The notes beneath the pieces are model-generated. The model saw nothing but the letters and a program-made list of their open reading frames with translations, did not search any database and was not told the DNA's origin. 64,000 nucleotides of DNA from a virus. How positions within the stretch are numbered: the first letter of the stretch is position 1; every line of letters begins with the position of its first letter. The stretch is taken from IMG/VR virus record IMGVR_UViG_3300005002_000001. One strand, given 5' to 3'. The position numbers and the translations under genes are program-made. Shown here in pieces: positions 9,787-18,137 of the stretch.

Positions 9787-10158
9787 ATGAAGATCGACGT
9801 CAAAGAGCTCCGCAAGATTGTAAGGGAAGTCTTGGTCGAAGAGATGGACTCGGTCCATGATCGTCCGACTATCCCAGCTTCAGCCTCGGCCGGCGAAAAG
9901 CAGTTTCAGCAAGATACAGGCGGCCAGAAGTGGGGCAATCCCAAAGCCCAGCCGCAGCAAAAGACCAAGAATGATCGCGTCTGGTCCGTCGTTTCCCAGT
10001 CGATGGGTGGTGGGATGGACAACAGACAGCAACAAGCACTTCGAGGGGAACTTGACTCCTTTTTGAAGAGCAAAGACCCGTCCGAAGTGCTTATTGCCAC
10101 TGCTGAACAGCTAGCTAACGAATTCTCTCAGAGCAAGAAATCAGCTCCGCAAGGCTAG
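9787..10158 (+). CDS. Hypothetical Gln-rich protein
   Basis: The ORF track gives 9706..10158. I moved the start to the internal ATG at 9787 (MKIDVKEL) to avoid overlapping the upstream gene. Low complexity. Ends with TAG. Confidence 0.3.
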   Translation: MKIDVKELRKIVREVLVEEMDSVHDRPTIPASASAGEKQFQQDTGGQKWGNPKAQPQQKTKNDRVWSVVSQSMGGGMDNRQQQALRGELDSFLKSKDPSEVLIATAEQLANEFSQSKKSAPQG

Positions 10159-10500
10159 TCGACAAGACGAGCAAATTCGCTTGCTAGCTTCTCCGGGAGC
10201 TAGCGCGATAGCCGTCAATTGATCATCGATATCGGGCTCCCGAAAAGATGAGCAAGGAATTCCACGATCCTGGGCTCTGATCAGAAGAGCTTCGAGATCC
10301 TTTTCTGTCGGCACTGAAAGACAGGCGACGTAGTTGGAATTTCGAAACCATTCCTGATCGATTTCGGGATGATCGGCAGTAAATTGCCGGATGGCGTGAC
10401 ACGATTGGGCGATCTGATATCCGGGATCGATATCAGCTCTAGTCACGATGTAAAGCTTATCGCCTTCCTTGATGGGAAGGGGCCTGTACAGCTAACTCAT
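10141..10500 (-). CDS. Peptidyl-tRNA hydrolase PTH2-like; conserved N-terminal strand lies upstream of the GTG start and behind an in-frame TAG at codon 3
   Basis: The track ORF (10141..10446) starts at GTG and reads TRADIDPGYQIAQSCHA...PEIDQEW...VACLSVPTEKDLEALLIRAQDRGIP...LTAIALAP. This aligns with PTH2 ([21 protein letters not shown]...PELVEEW...KVVLKV..EELLEL...LGL...TVLAIGP). The frame is open upstream and reads ATG AGT TAG CTG TAC AGG CCC CTT CCC ATC AAG GAA GGC GAT AAG CTT TAC ATC GTG. That stretch encodes the conserved K-L-Y-I-V beta-1 strand (compare K-M-I-L-V-V-R-N-D-L). The ATG at 10500 overlaps the upstream gene's TGA as ATGA. Confidence 0.5.
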
Positions 10501-10847
10501 TGTGCTGCCTCCTGCTGGGGCAGCTTGTTGGACGGCCGAATGCGCGGTCCGCGCACGGGCTTCTTGATCCACTCGATCAGGCCCCAAGTTTCCTTGCGGT
10601 ACTCGTTGGGAATGCAGTGGAATTTGCCGTCGGACGGCTTGATATTCTCGGGCCAGGCCCCGAGAGCCCAAAGAGCGTATTCGACCGACACCGCGAGCGG
10701 GTTGTCGTTGCAACACTTTTCCATCTTAGAATACGGGATCCCTCGGATCAGGCCGTAAGCCAGATGATGCTCTCTCCTCCACGTGTTCCAAGGACCAAAG
10801 ACCTTGACAGCGCGGGCATATGCTTCGTTTCTCTTCATCGTTTGCAT
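10497..10847 (-). CDS. Hypothetical protein
   Basis: 116-aa ORF. Its stop overlaps the ATG of the PTH2-like frame as ATGA. No motif recognised. Confidence 0.35.
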   Translation of the reverse strand: MQTMKRNEAYARAVKVFGPWNTWRREHHLAYGLIRGIPYSKMEKCCNDNPLAVSVEYALWALGAWPENIKPSDGKFHCIPNEYRKETWGLIEWIKKPVRGPRIRPSNKLPQQEAAQ

Positions 10848-11046
10848 GGTATTCCTTCTTTCTTATTCAATCAATCGTCTCAACCGGTTAGGGAAACGAG
10901 ATCGAACGGAGGACCACGCGAACGACGTAGCTAGAGAAACTCGAATGCTGACAGCTAGAGGAAAATCATTTGCGGATAATTCTGCGAGTACGCGCCGAAC
11001 ATGGTTAATGTCTAATCACTCTGCGAAAATTGTACACGTCGATAAT

Positions 11047-11122
11047 TGGCTTTCCCGACGGGACTTGAACCCGTAACGCGCGAATTTAGAGGTCGCTGCT
11101 CTACCGATTGAGCTACGGGAAA
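11047..11122 (-). tRNA. tRNA with anticodon CUA (amber suppressor; U1-A72 and G73 resemble Gln; CCA encoded)
   Basis: Folded by hand: acceptor TTTCCCG/CGGGAAA, D arm GCTC-AATCGGTA-GAGC (G18G19 present), anticodon stem GCGA:TCGC plus a C-U mismatch, loop CUCUAAA (U33, anticodon C34U35A36, A37), variable loop GCGTT, T arm ACGGG-TTCAAGT-CCCGT, discriminator G followed by CCA. Anticodon lies at plus-strand 11087-11089. Confidence 0.65.
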
Positions 11123-11127
11123 ATGAG

Positions 11128-11201
11128 TGCCCCAGGTGGGATTCGAACCCACGATGCGCCGGTTTAGAATCGGGTGCTTTGGACCCCTAAGCTACTGGGA
11201 C
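11128..11201 (-). tRNA. Second tRNA or tRNA-like gene with anticodon-loop UUCUAAA (anticodon CUA); weak anticodon stem
   Basis: Acceptor GTCCCAG/CTGGGGC (one G-U pair), D arm GCTT-AGGGGTCCA-AAGC, T arm GTGGG-TTCGAAT-CCCAC, discriminator A, no CCA. The anticodon stem has only 3 Watson-Crick pairs (C-C and A-C mismatches), so it could be a pseudo-tRNA. Lies 5 nt from the first tRNA. The TAG stop of the phosphatase gene lies inside its 5' end. Confidence 0.45.
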
Positions 11202-11692
11202 TTCTTGGCTTCCGGAAAGGACTCCTTGATGTACTTTTCGAAAGTGGAATTGCATAATGCGTAGGGACGCCGGGCTTTTACGTGTTTGACGATGGCAGGA
11301 CCCGACCAGCCCGTCAGCTCTCGAAGAGCCAGCGCTGTTACCATGCCCGATCGATTCAGTCCGGCCATGCATGTGACGAGAACTTTTTTTCCCTGTCGCA
11401 CGGCTTCGACGACCTGCTGAGACGCAGGAATCCAGACTTTGAGGTCTCGCTCCATGCGATGGACTCTCTCATCATCGTCGCCCGGGGCGCAGATTACTTC
11501 CAGGCCCGGATAACCCGCGGCGTCTTGGTTTTCATCGGCGCACAGCACGACTACCTGGAAACCCTTTTTGGCGAGAATTTCGCCCTTTGGGGGGATCGCT
11601 CCCTGCCAGAGATTCTCGGTGATCTTGTTGATGTCCAACACGATCTGCTTCATGTAGAAGCCATCCAAGAAATCGTCATCATCGCCGGTCAT
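11192..11692 (-). CDS. Dual-specificity / tyrosine protein phosphatase
   Basis: Active-site motif VLVTCMAGLNRSG (C-x5-R). The start may be the internal M at MKQIVLD. The gene ends in TAG (11192-11194). Confidence 0.7.
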   Translation of the reverse strand: MTGDDDDFLDGFYMKQIVLDINKITENLWQGAIPPKGEILAKKGFQVVVLCADENQDAAGYPGLEVICAPGDDDERVHRMERDLKVWIPASQQVVEAVRQGKKVLVTCMAGLNRSGMVTALALRELTGWSGPAIVKHVKARRPYALCNSTFEKYIKESFPEAKKSQ

Positions 11693-11732
11693 AGACCAAT
11701 TATAGCAGGAAACGATCCCTGATTACACCAGA

Positions 11733-13178
11733 TCAGAGCGCCATGCGCTTTCTGATTTCCTCGAAAGTCGAATGAGACGTGATCCGTCCGCAGTCGAAGA
11801 CTGTGACCATCACGCTGTCGGGATGTGATTCCATACCGGCAGGGAGAGCAATCGTTCTGAGTGTGCCGTCAGGATCCCGAATGAGGTCCAGACGACCTGC
11901 TTTAGACTTTTTGCCCGGGTCCGTGATCGGGTCCTTGATGACGTCGACCGATTTGCCATCGATTTGAGCGTACGAGCACTTGAAGGCAAACTTTTGGGTG
12001 TCCCGATTGCAGTCCATCAGAAGTCCGCCGCCTGAACCCATCGCCAGGTTAGACGCGCTCCACCCCAATTCCGTAATACGGTTCAGGATGGTGACCATCG
12101 ATTTGCGATTGATGCCATCTCCCCAGATAGTACGAATGTACGAGGGAAGGACCAGATAACCTTTCGAATTGACTGTTACCGATCCGGGAGGGAGGTTCTC
12201 CTCGAGGATGGAGAGGATTTTGGGCAGGACCTCTTGAGGATCGCCCGAGTCGGGTCGAATGACGAGAGTGCCGCCCGATTTTTCGATGAGTTCTCGAACA
12301 TCGGATTCGCAAATCATTTTGGTGAACTTGTAGATGTCGTAACTGTCTCCTACGCAAGCTGACAGCTTGGGTACTCCCGCCGGGACCTGGCGCTCGACGA
12401 GCGTCTTCTGAATCCACCTGACGACGGCGTCCTTTTCTCGATCGCGACCCCAAACTGTCATCGTCGAGTGTTCTGTCGCCGGGATAGAAAATCCCGCCAT
12501 CGGGCTGTCGTAGTAATGATTGGCACACATGATGCCAGCGACAGTATCGCTACCCAAGAAGCTGAGTAGATGAGCAGCGCCCCCCAGCATCGCTTGTTCG
12601 CGCGAAGTGACTCCGCGGGCACCAAAGTCGTGATGCTTGAATCCGATCTCGGCTTCGGTGTTGTCTGACGTCTTGTCGAGAAACTTCTTCCAGACCTTCT
12701 TGACCTCGCGACTCATTGTCGCGACAGTGGATGGATACCAGACTCTAGATAGCATCGTTTCGAGCCAGTTCGTAATCCAGAAGCACATCGGATCTCGAGG
12801 AGATTCGACGGTCAGGATGACGTTGGAAGGCTTGACGATGAGGCCTTCCGGGATCGCCCGGATTTTGACAGGCAGATAGCCGTCGTACTTGTCGATGACG
12901 TGTAGCCAACCTTCTCGAAAGAAGGGCTCTCCATGAGCCAGCGCAAATGCCTCAGCTCGATCGACGTCGGCCAACGTCATCTTCTTTGAGATGTCTCTGT
13001 GGACGATGACCTGCAATCCGAAAAGAGTGCAAGTCGGGAATTCTCCACCGCGAGATTCGAAGTAGCTGAACATGACGTCCATACCATCCGGATACTCGAT
13101 GAAGTGACTAAACTTGTAGCTGTCGGTGTCCTCGATACAGCTTAGGACTAGATCAGCTTTGCGTGCGATTGTTTTCAT
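11733..13178 (-). CDS. nadV: Nicotinamide phosphoribosyltransferase (NAMPT/NadV)
   Basis: Full-length (481 aa) similarity to the NAMPT family: DSYKFSHF near the N-terminus and conserved GSGGGLL... core. Confidence 0.85.
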   Translation of the reverse strand: MKTIARKADLVLSCIEDTDSYKFSHFIEYPDGMDVMFSYFESRGGEFPTCTLFGLQVIVHRDISKKMTLADVDRAEAFALAHGEPFFREGWLHVIDKYDGYLPVKIRAIPEGLIVKPSNVILTVESPRDPMCFWITNWLETMLSRVWYPSTVATMSREVKKVWKKFLDKTSDNTEAEIGFKHHDFGARGVTSREQAMLGGAAHLLSFLGSDTVAGIMCANHYYDSPMAGFSIPATEHSTMTVWGRDREKDAVVRWIQKTLVERQVPAGVPKLSACVGDSYDIYKFTKMICESDVRELIEKSGGTLVIRPDSGDPQEVLPKILSILEENLPPGSVTVNSKGYLVLPSYIRTIWGDGINRKSMVTILNRITELGWSASNLAMGSGGGLLMDCNRDTQKFAFKCSYAQIDGKSVDVIKDPITDPGKKSKAGRLDLIRDPDGTLRTIALPAGMESHPDSVMVTVFDCGRITSHSTFEEIRKRMAL

Positions 13179-13228
13179 GATTCACTCTCCGTGATATTCC
13201 TCAAGACCCTCTCTGGATCTATGCGAGG

Positions 13229-14254
13229 TTATGCGTGCACTCGGTCCCGATAGATGAACCGATTGATGATGTGATAGTGATCAGCGAAGAACTCGGGTTC
13301 GTTCTGCGCGACGTCCCGAAGCGGCATCCACCACGCCTTGTCAGCGTCGTCAGCGCCCTTCACTCTCGGGAGCTTACCGTCGGGGAGCCTGAAGCAGAAG
13401 GCATGCGTAATGACGCGTCCGCGCAAGTCTCGATGCGGATGATCGAAGACGTCAGAATCGATGATAAGCTTCTTGAGCTCTGCCTTGTCAAGGTTGATCT
13501 CTGTCTCTTCTTTGAGCTCTCGAATGCAGCTCGTCAGGATTTTTTCGGTGGCTTTGATGTAGCCACCGGGCAGGGCGATCAAACCCTTACCGTACTTGCC
13601 GCCTCGGCGAACAACGAGAATGTGACCCGAAGCGATGCAGACAGCGTCCGTCGTGACGAACGTCGGCTGGTAAGGAGAGCCTTCCCATTCGGCTTTGTCA
13701 GAAAGGACTTGGTGAAACTCGTCATAAAGACGATCGTACTCCGGAGTCTTCATGAACTCGACGAGGTACTCGTAGACTGGTTTCGGTAGCCTAGGCTTGA
13801 TCGTGATCGTGTCCTTACGGAAGAGGGCCTCTCTGATCGAGGTTCCGTCGAGGCGCTCTGTCGACTCAAATTCGAGATGGGCTCCCCACTGGGGGAAGAG
13901 CTTCAAATAGAAGCTCGAGCGGTCCTTTTCGTGACCGATCAGTTTGATGTCGTCCGAACCGCCTGCGACGTTGTTGATCATTTCCTGGACGGCTGTCACC
14001 CAGAGATTGTTGTTATAGAGGTAGTCCTTCGCTCGGAGGATCTCTACCCTCTTGTTTTCTTCGGGAGTGAGCGTCGAGCGAATCATCTGGGAGCGCTGCT
14101 CGCTCGACCAAGGATTCGCTATCGTACTCGCTTGGTTGTCCGATCCAAGAACAACAATCAGGTTCTCGGACTCTTTAAGCGCAAAACGCACCAACTCGAG
14201 GTGCGAACTATGAAAAGGCTGGAATCTACCGATTACTACGCCAAACTTATGCAT
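13229..14254 (-). CDS. natV: Bifunctional NMN adenylyltransferase / Nudix ADP-ribose pyrophosphatase (NadM-Nudix, NatV-like)
   Basis: N-terminal nucleotidyltransferase motif GRFQPFHSSH ((H/T)xGH type). C-terminal Nudix box GGYIKATEKILTSCIRELKEETEI. Adjacent to nadV, as in KVP40-type phages. Confidence 0.85.
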   Translation of the reverse strand: MHKFGVVIGRFQPFHSSHLELVRFALKESENLIVVLGSDNQASTIANPWSSEQRSQMIRSTLTPEENKRVEILRAKDYLYNNNLWVTAVQEMINNVAGGSDDIKLIGHEKDRSSFYLKLFPQWGAHLEFESTERLDGTSIREALFRKDTITIKPRLPKPVYEYLVEFMKTPEYDRLYDEFHQVLSDKAEWEGSPYQPTFVTTDAVCIASGHILVVRRGGKYGKGLIALPGGYIKATEKILTSCIRELKEETEINLDKAELKKLIIDSDVFDHPHRDLRGRVITHAFCFRLPDGKLPRVKGADDADKAWWMPLRDVAQNEPEFFADHYHIINRFIYRDRVHA

Positions 14255-14345
14255 GATGACGCTCTCCGCGTTCTAACCAGCTCGACCCTCTTTGGGTCTC
14301 CTTGCCAGTTAATCCTAACTATATCACACTAGTCCAAAGTGTACA

Positions 14346-14657
14346 TCAGTACCCCATTTTGATACGAACTGAACCGGATGCGTCCTGCTTGATTCGACAA
14401 GCACAAGCGATTCGCTGGTTATTAGAGGTCGCACCCATGCTGTGCAACACGGCTTTTTCGTTGTCATCGGCAGGTTCGAAGACTTCGGGTCTATCGACTT
14501 CGATGAAGCATGAGCCGCAGGCTACGCCACGACAGCTATAGACGATGGGAGAACCAGGCACATCGGTTGCGTCTAGAATATCTGACCCGCATTCGATTTC
14601 CACATCCAGTCCCATTCCTTTTCTTTTTGCTTCGCAAATGAGACGTATTTTTTTCAT
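14346..14657 (-). CDS. Plant-type 2Fe-2S ferredoxin
   Basis: Motif YSCRGVACGSC (C-x4-C-x2-C) with a downstream fourth Cys (IACAC). About 100 aa. Confidence 0.65.
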   Translation of the reverse strand: MKKIRLICEAKRKGMGLDVEIECGSDILDATDVPGSPIVYSCRGVACGSCFIEVDRPEVFEPADDNEKAVLHSMGATSNNQRIACACRIKQDASGSVRIKMGY

Positions 14658-14660
14658 GTA

Positions 14661-15020
14661 TCACCGATCCCAATCGGGACCCAGTTCTCGATATTCGACA
14701 GGTCGACCCGCTTTTTCGGCGCGCTCGACGCCGAATTTCATACCCGAGCTCATACCAAGATCCGTATAGACGACGCTCTTAGCAGCTTTTTCGCTCCAAA
14801 GCATGCCGGCTTCCATGCCGAGTTTGCGTTCTTCCGGAATGGTATCGTCTAACACGCCGGGTTGCGTGTAAAGCATATGAGAGGCATACGCTGCTTCGCC
14901 TCGTTTGAAGCAATCGGCCATGCATGCTCGAGCATATCGTAGATTTCGTTCGACGTCGCCGGCAAATGGCGACTCAAGCGCGACTAAGATCAAGTTCATG
15001 GTAACATAATACCATGTCAC
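14661..15020 (-). CDS. Hypothetical protein (possibly a nucleoside 2-deoxyribosyltransferase-like fold)
   Basis: 119-aa ORF with 4 nt spacing to neighbours. The suggestion rests on a weak resemblance of LILVALESPFAGDVERNLRYARACMADC to the DUF1937/NDT-like family. Confidence 0.3.
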   Translation of the reverse strand: MTWYYVTMNLILVALESPFAGDVERNLRYARACMADCFKRGEAAYASHMLYTQPGVLDDTIPEERKLGMEAGMLWSEKAAKSVVYTDLGMSSGMKFGVERAEKAGRPVEYRELGPDWDR

Positions 15021-15041
15021 TTTTTCTTATACACGTCAACG

Positions 15042-16022
15042 TCACGTTTTGCGTTTGCTGACAGCACGACCTTGCATCTTTTCCCAGTCCCTATCCTCAG
15101 AGGGTCGGACTTCGAGATTCTTCTCCCAGACAGCGTCCAGGACTTTAGTGTCGACGCCCAGGTTGTCGGCTACTTTTTTGAGCGCATTGAGGTCCTTAGG
15201 AAAGCAATGCCCACCGAATCCCTTGACATATCGACCGTCGTGCGTAGGCACAGGTCCGGGAACGGCCCAATGACTGTTACCGAGACGAGTATCTAGACGA
15301 GCATATTCGACGACCTTGTCATAATCGATGTCTAGACCGCCTGCGTCCAAAGCTTCACAGATCTGAAACATCTCGTTAGCAAACGAGACTTTGGCCGATA
15401 GAAAGCAATTGGTGATATATTTGACCATCTCGGCAGTCGTGCTTGAGGTCTTGATTAGGGGTACTTTGGGGAAAGCGGTCTGAAAGATCAACTTGACCTT
15501 ATTGATATGAGGTCTGGGACCTCCCAGAATAATTCTGTTCTGGTTTCTCATATCGTCCAAGGCATTGGCTTCGGTCAAAAATTCTGGATTGAATACGACC
15601 CTCAGACCGGTCTTTTCAAAGAGCTTGTTCCATCTTTCCGTCGAACCCGGTGGTACCGTCGATTTGACGACAGCGATTCGTTCTCCCGGAATCTCGCTCA
15701 GCTCTCTTAGAGTATTTTCAACGATCGAAAGATCGGCCTCTCCGTCCTCAAACATAGGAGTCGGCAGGCAGACAAAATAGACCCCCGAAAAGTTTTCGAT
15801 TTTTTGGCATTCATCCACCAATTCCTGGACAGTCGTCACAGGATCGGGAGTCATGACGGCCGTCGGACCGACGTACATAGACACTTTCTCTCGGGGGTGT
15901 TTGCCTCCGTGAGCCTGCGTCCCTGCCCTGTCAAAAGTGTAGACGTTGAACCCTCTTTCGTAAAAGACGGTCGTCAGCGACCCGCCGACGAAACCTTGTC
16001 CGATGACTGCGATCGACTTCAT
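15042..16022 (-). CDS. ugd: UDP-glucose 6-dehydrogenase (UDP-glucose/GDP-mannose dehydrogenase family)
   Basis: N-terminal Rossmann motif IAVIGQGFVGGSL. Family-typical central and C-terminal dimerisation regions. Length 326 aa (short form). Confidence 0.75.
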   Translation of the reverse strand: MKSIAVIGQGFVGGSLTTVFYERGFNVYTFDRAGTQAHGGKHPREKVSMYVGPTAVMTPDPVTTVQELVDECQKIENFSGVYFVCLPTPMFEDGEADLSIVENTLRELSEIPGERIAVVKSTVPPGSTERWNKLFEKTGLRVVFNPEFLTEANALDDMRNQNRIILGGPRPHINKVKLIFQTAFPKVPLIKTSSTTAEMVKYITNCFLSAKVSFANEMFQICEALDAGGLDIDYDKVVEYARLDTRLGNSHWAVPGPVPTHDGRYVKGFGGHCFPKDLNALKKVADNLGVDTKVLDAVWEKNLEVRPSEDRDWEKMQGRAVSKRKT

Positions 16023-17113
16023 TTGTTATGCTTCTCCCAAGTGTGCAAGGCTGATGCCACTACTTGGTGCATATCATAATACATGTACGAGGCCAGGCGC
16101 CCGCCAAAAATGACATCGGGTCTCTGAGCCGCTAGCTCTTTGTATTGATCTCGCAGCTTGTTGTTAGCATCGTCATTGACGGGATAGTACGGAACCTTGT
16201 TCTCGCTCCAGTCGTCAGGATACTCCCAAGTGACGACGGTCTTTTCCCCGTCCTTCTTGAGATCGAAGTGTCGATGCTCGGTAATACGAGTATACGGAAC
16301 GTCTTTTTCCGTGTAGTTGACGACAGCGTTGCCTTGATAATCCTGACACTCGAGGACTTTCGTCTCGAATTTTAGACCCCTGTATTCGAGGCGTCCAAAC
16401 TGATACATGAAAAACTGATCAATGGGTCCGGTATAAACGATCTTGCGAGCGAGCTTATCGAGGATATGCCTGTCTTCGAAGTAATTGACTCCGAGCAATA
16501 CATCCGATCCTGCGAGAAGCTTCTCAAAGATGGCTGTGTAACCCCCGATGGGAATTCCCTGATATCGATCGTTGAAGTAATTGTCGTCATACGTCATACG
16601 AATCGGCAAACGTTTGATGATCGAAGCCGGCAACTTAGTCGGATGTCGATTCCACTGCTTTGTGGTGTAGCCTTCGATAAAGGTCTCGTAGATCTCTTTG
16701 CCAACTTGGGAAAGGATCCACTCTTCAAGATTCTTGGGATCCTTGATGTCCTGTCTGACTTCAGCTAGACGTGTTCGCGCCTCGAGCGGAGTCTTGACTC
16801 CCCACAGCTGATTGAGAGTCATCAGGTTGATAGGAAAAGAATAGATCTTGTCCTTGAAGTGGACCTTAGGTCGATTGACGTAGTGATTGAACGTCGTCCA
16901 TCGATTCATGTATTGCCAGATCTTCTCATTATCTGTGTGGAAGATATGAGGACCGTAGACGTGTACATGAATTCCCTCAATCTCTCGAGTGAAGCAGTTT
17001 CCGCCGATGTGATTGCTCTTCTCAATGACGAGGCACTTTTTGCCCGCTTCGGTCGCTTGTTGCGCAAAGACGGATCCGAATAGGCCGGCGCCGACGATCA
17101 AATAGTCATACAT
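16019..17113 (-). CDS. glf: UDP-galactopyranose mutase
   Basis: MYDYLIVGAGLFGSVFAQ...KCLVIEKSNHIGGNCFT...GIHVHVYGPHIFHT is the characteristic UGM N-terminus. 364 aa. Confidence 0.85.
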   Translation of the reverse strand: MYDYLIVGAGLFGSVFAQQATEAGKKCLVIEKSNHIGGNCFTREIEGIHVHVYGPHIFHTDNEKIWQYMNRWTTFNHYVNRPKVHFKDKIYSFPINLMTLNQLWGVKTPLEARTRLAEVRQDIKDPKNLEEWILSQVGKEIYETFIEGYTTKQWNRHPTKLPASIIKRLPIRMTYDDNYFNDRYQGIPIGGYTAIFEKLLAGSDVLLGVNYFEDRHILDKLARKIVYTGPIDQFFMYQFGRLEYRGLKFETKVLECQDYQGNAVVNYTEKDVPYTRITEHRHFDLKKDGEKTVVTWEYPDDWSENKVPYYPVNDDANNKLRDQYKELAAQRPDVIFGGRLASYMYYDMHQVVASALHTWEKHNK

Positions 17114-17138
17114 CTTACAACTCTACTCTCTGACGATC

Positions 17139-18137
17139 CTAAGTGTAAGTCGGACGAGACGTCTTAGTCCAACCTTCGTTGGAGTTATCAATGTGATCGT
17201 CGACAGTTCGAATGACATATTCGCTGACGGCCTCGTGCGTCATAAGCGGCCTCAGAGATTTAGCATTCGCCCTTATTTGCGAGCGCATCTCAGAATCCTG
17301 CAGCAACTTGTCGATCGTCGATTCCAGATTGACGTAATCAAAATCTAGACCCAACGACGCATAATGCACGTTCTCTTGCAGAGGCCAGGGTGCATTGTTT
17401 TGTTTGAGAGCTAGAATGCACTTGCCCATAATCAGAAATTCGTAGAACTTTCTGCTAGAAAGTCCGATGCCCGGATAATCGATGCAGATTTTGGATCGAT
17501 TGATCAGATCGTAATACTTGTCAGGCGGACATAAACCGTCGAACGTCTCGATTCGAAGATCTGAGCGTCGGGCCTTGATTTCTAGCAGCTTATCGTAGCC
17601 GACTTTTCGATTGCCAGGCCACCATTGATTGATGTTCCTATTCTTGGCCCAGACGAAGGGACGGTTGTGATCGTGAACTCGACCTCCCACAAAGATGACA
17701 TCGATATCACGATTGGGATGCTTGGGCAGAGAATCAGCGATCTGAATGATCTTCTCGGGTTGATTTGTCATCAGCCCCAACGGATAGACATCCAGTTTGA
17801 AAGGATAGAATTGTCGCTGATCGGAAATGGAAGCATGCTGAATTTTGAAGATGATGTAATCATCGATCTTGTGTCTCATCAAGACTTCATCGAATCTCCA
17901 CCAATTGAGTTTGCAGTCCGATGTTGTGCCGCCCGAACCATCATCGCCGTCAAAACAGATCAACCACCGCTTGCCGTCTCTTTCATAGACGCAGCAAGAC
18001 CAATTCTTTCCCAGTGTTTCGGGAGCCATTCTTACGTCTTCGACAGCCCCGGAAGCCCATCGAAAATAGTGTTTTCGAAGGAAATAGACGAGATGATCCC
18101 TAGGATCGACTCCGTAATGGGTGATTTTGCCCTTCAT
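17139..18137 (-). CDS. Hypothetical protein, possible glycosyltransferase (exostosin/GT-B-like C-terminal half)
   Basis: 332 aa. Its C-terminal region (DVIFVGG...SKICIDYPGIG.SSRKFYEFLIMGKCILA) looks like a GT-B fold. Lies inside the glycan cluster. Confidence 0.3.
   Translation of the reverse strand: MKGKITHYGVDPRDHLVYFLRKHYFRWASGAVEDVRMAPETLGKNWSCCVYERDGKRWLICFDGDDGSGGTTSDCKLNWWRFDEVLMRHKIDDYIIFKIQHASISDQRQFYPFKLDVYPLGLMTNQPEKIIQIADSLPKHPNRDIDVIFVGGRVHDHNRPFVWAKNRNINQWWPGNRKVGYDKLLEIKARRSDLRIETFDGLCPPDKYYDLINRSKICIDYPGIGLSSRKFYEFLIMGKCILALKQNNAPWPLQENVHYASLGLDFDYVNLESTIDKLLQDSEMRSQIRANAKSLRPLMTHEAVSEYVIRTVDDHIDNSNEGWTKTSRPTYT

Noticed and set aside
10783-11076. Plus-strand ORF (97 aa) running into the tRNA region
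   Set aside because: It overlaps the 3' end of the first tRNA gene and the start of the upstream minus-strand gene. It has no RBS and is hydrophobic and low-complexity. Probably spurious.
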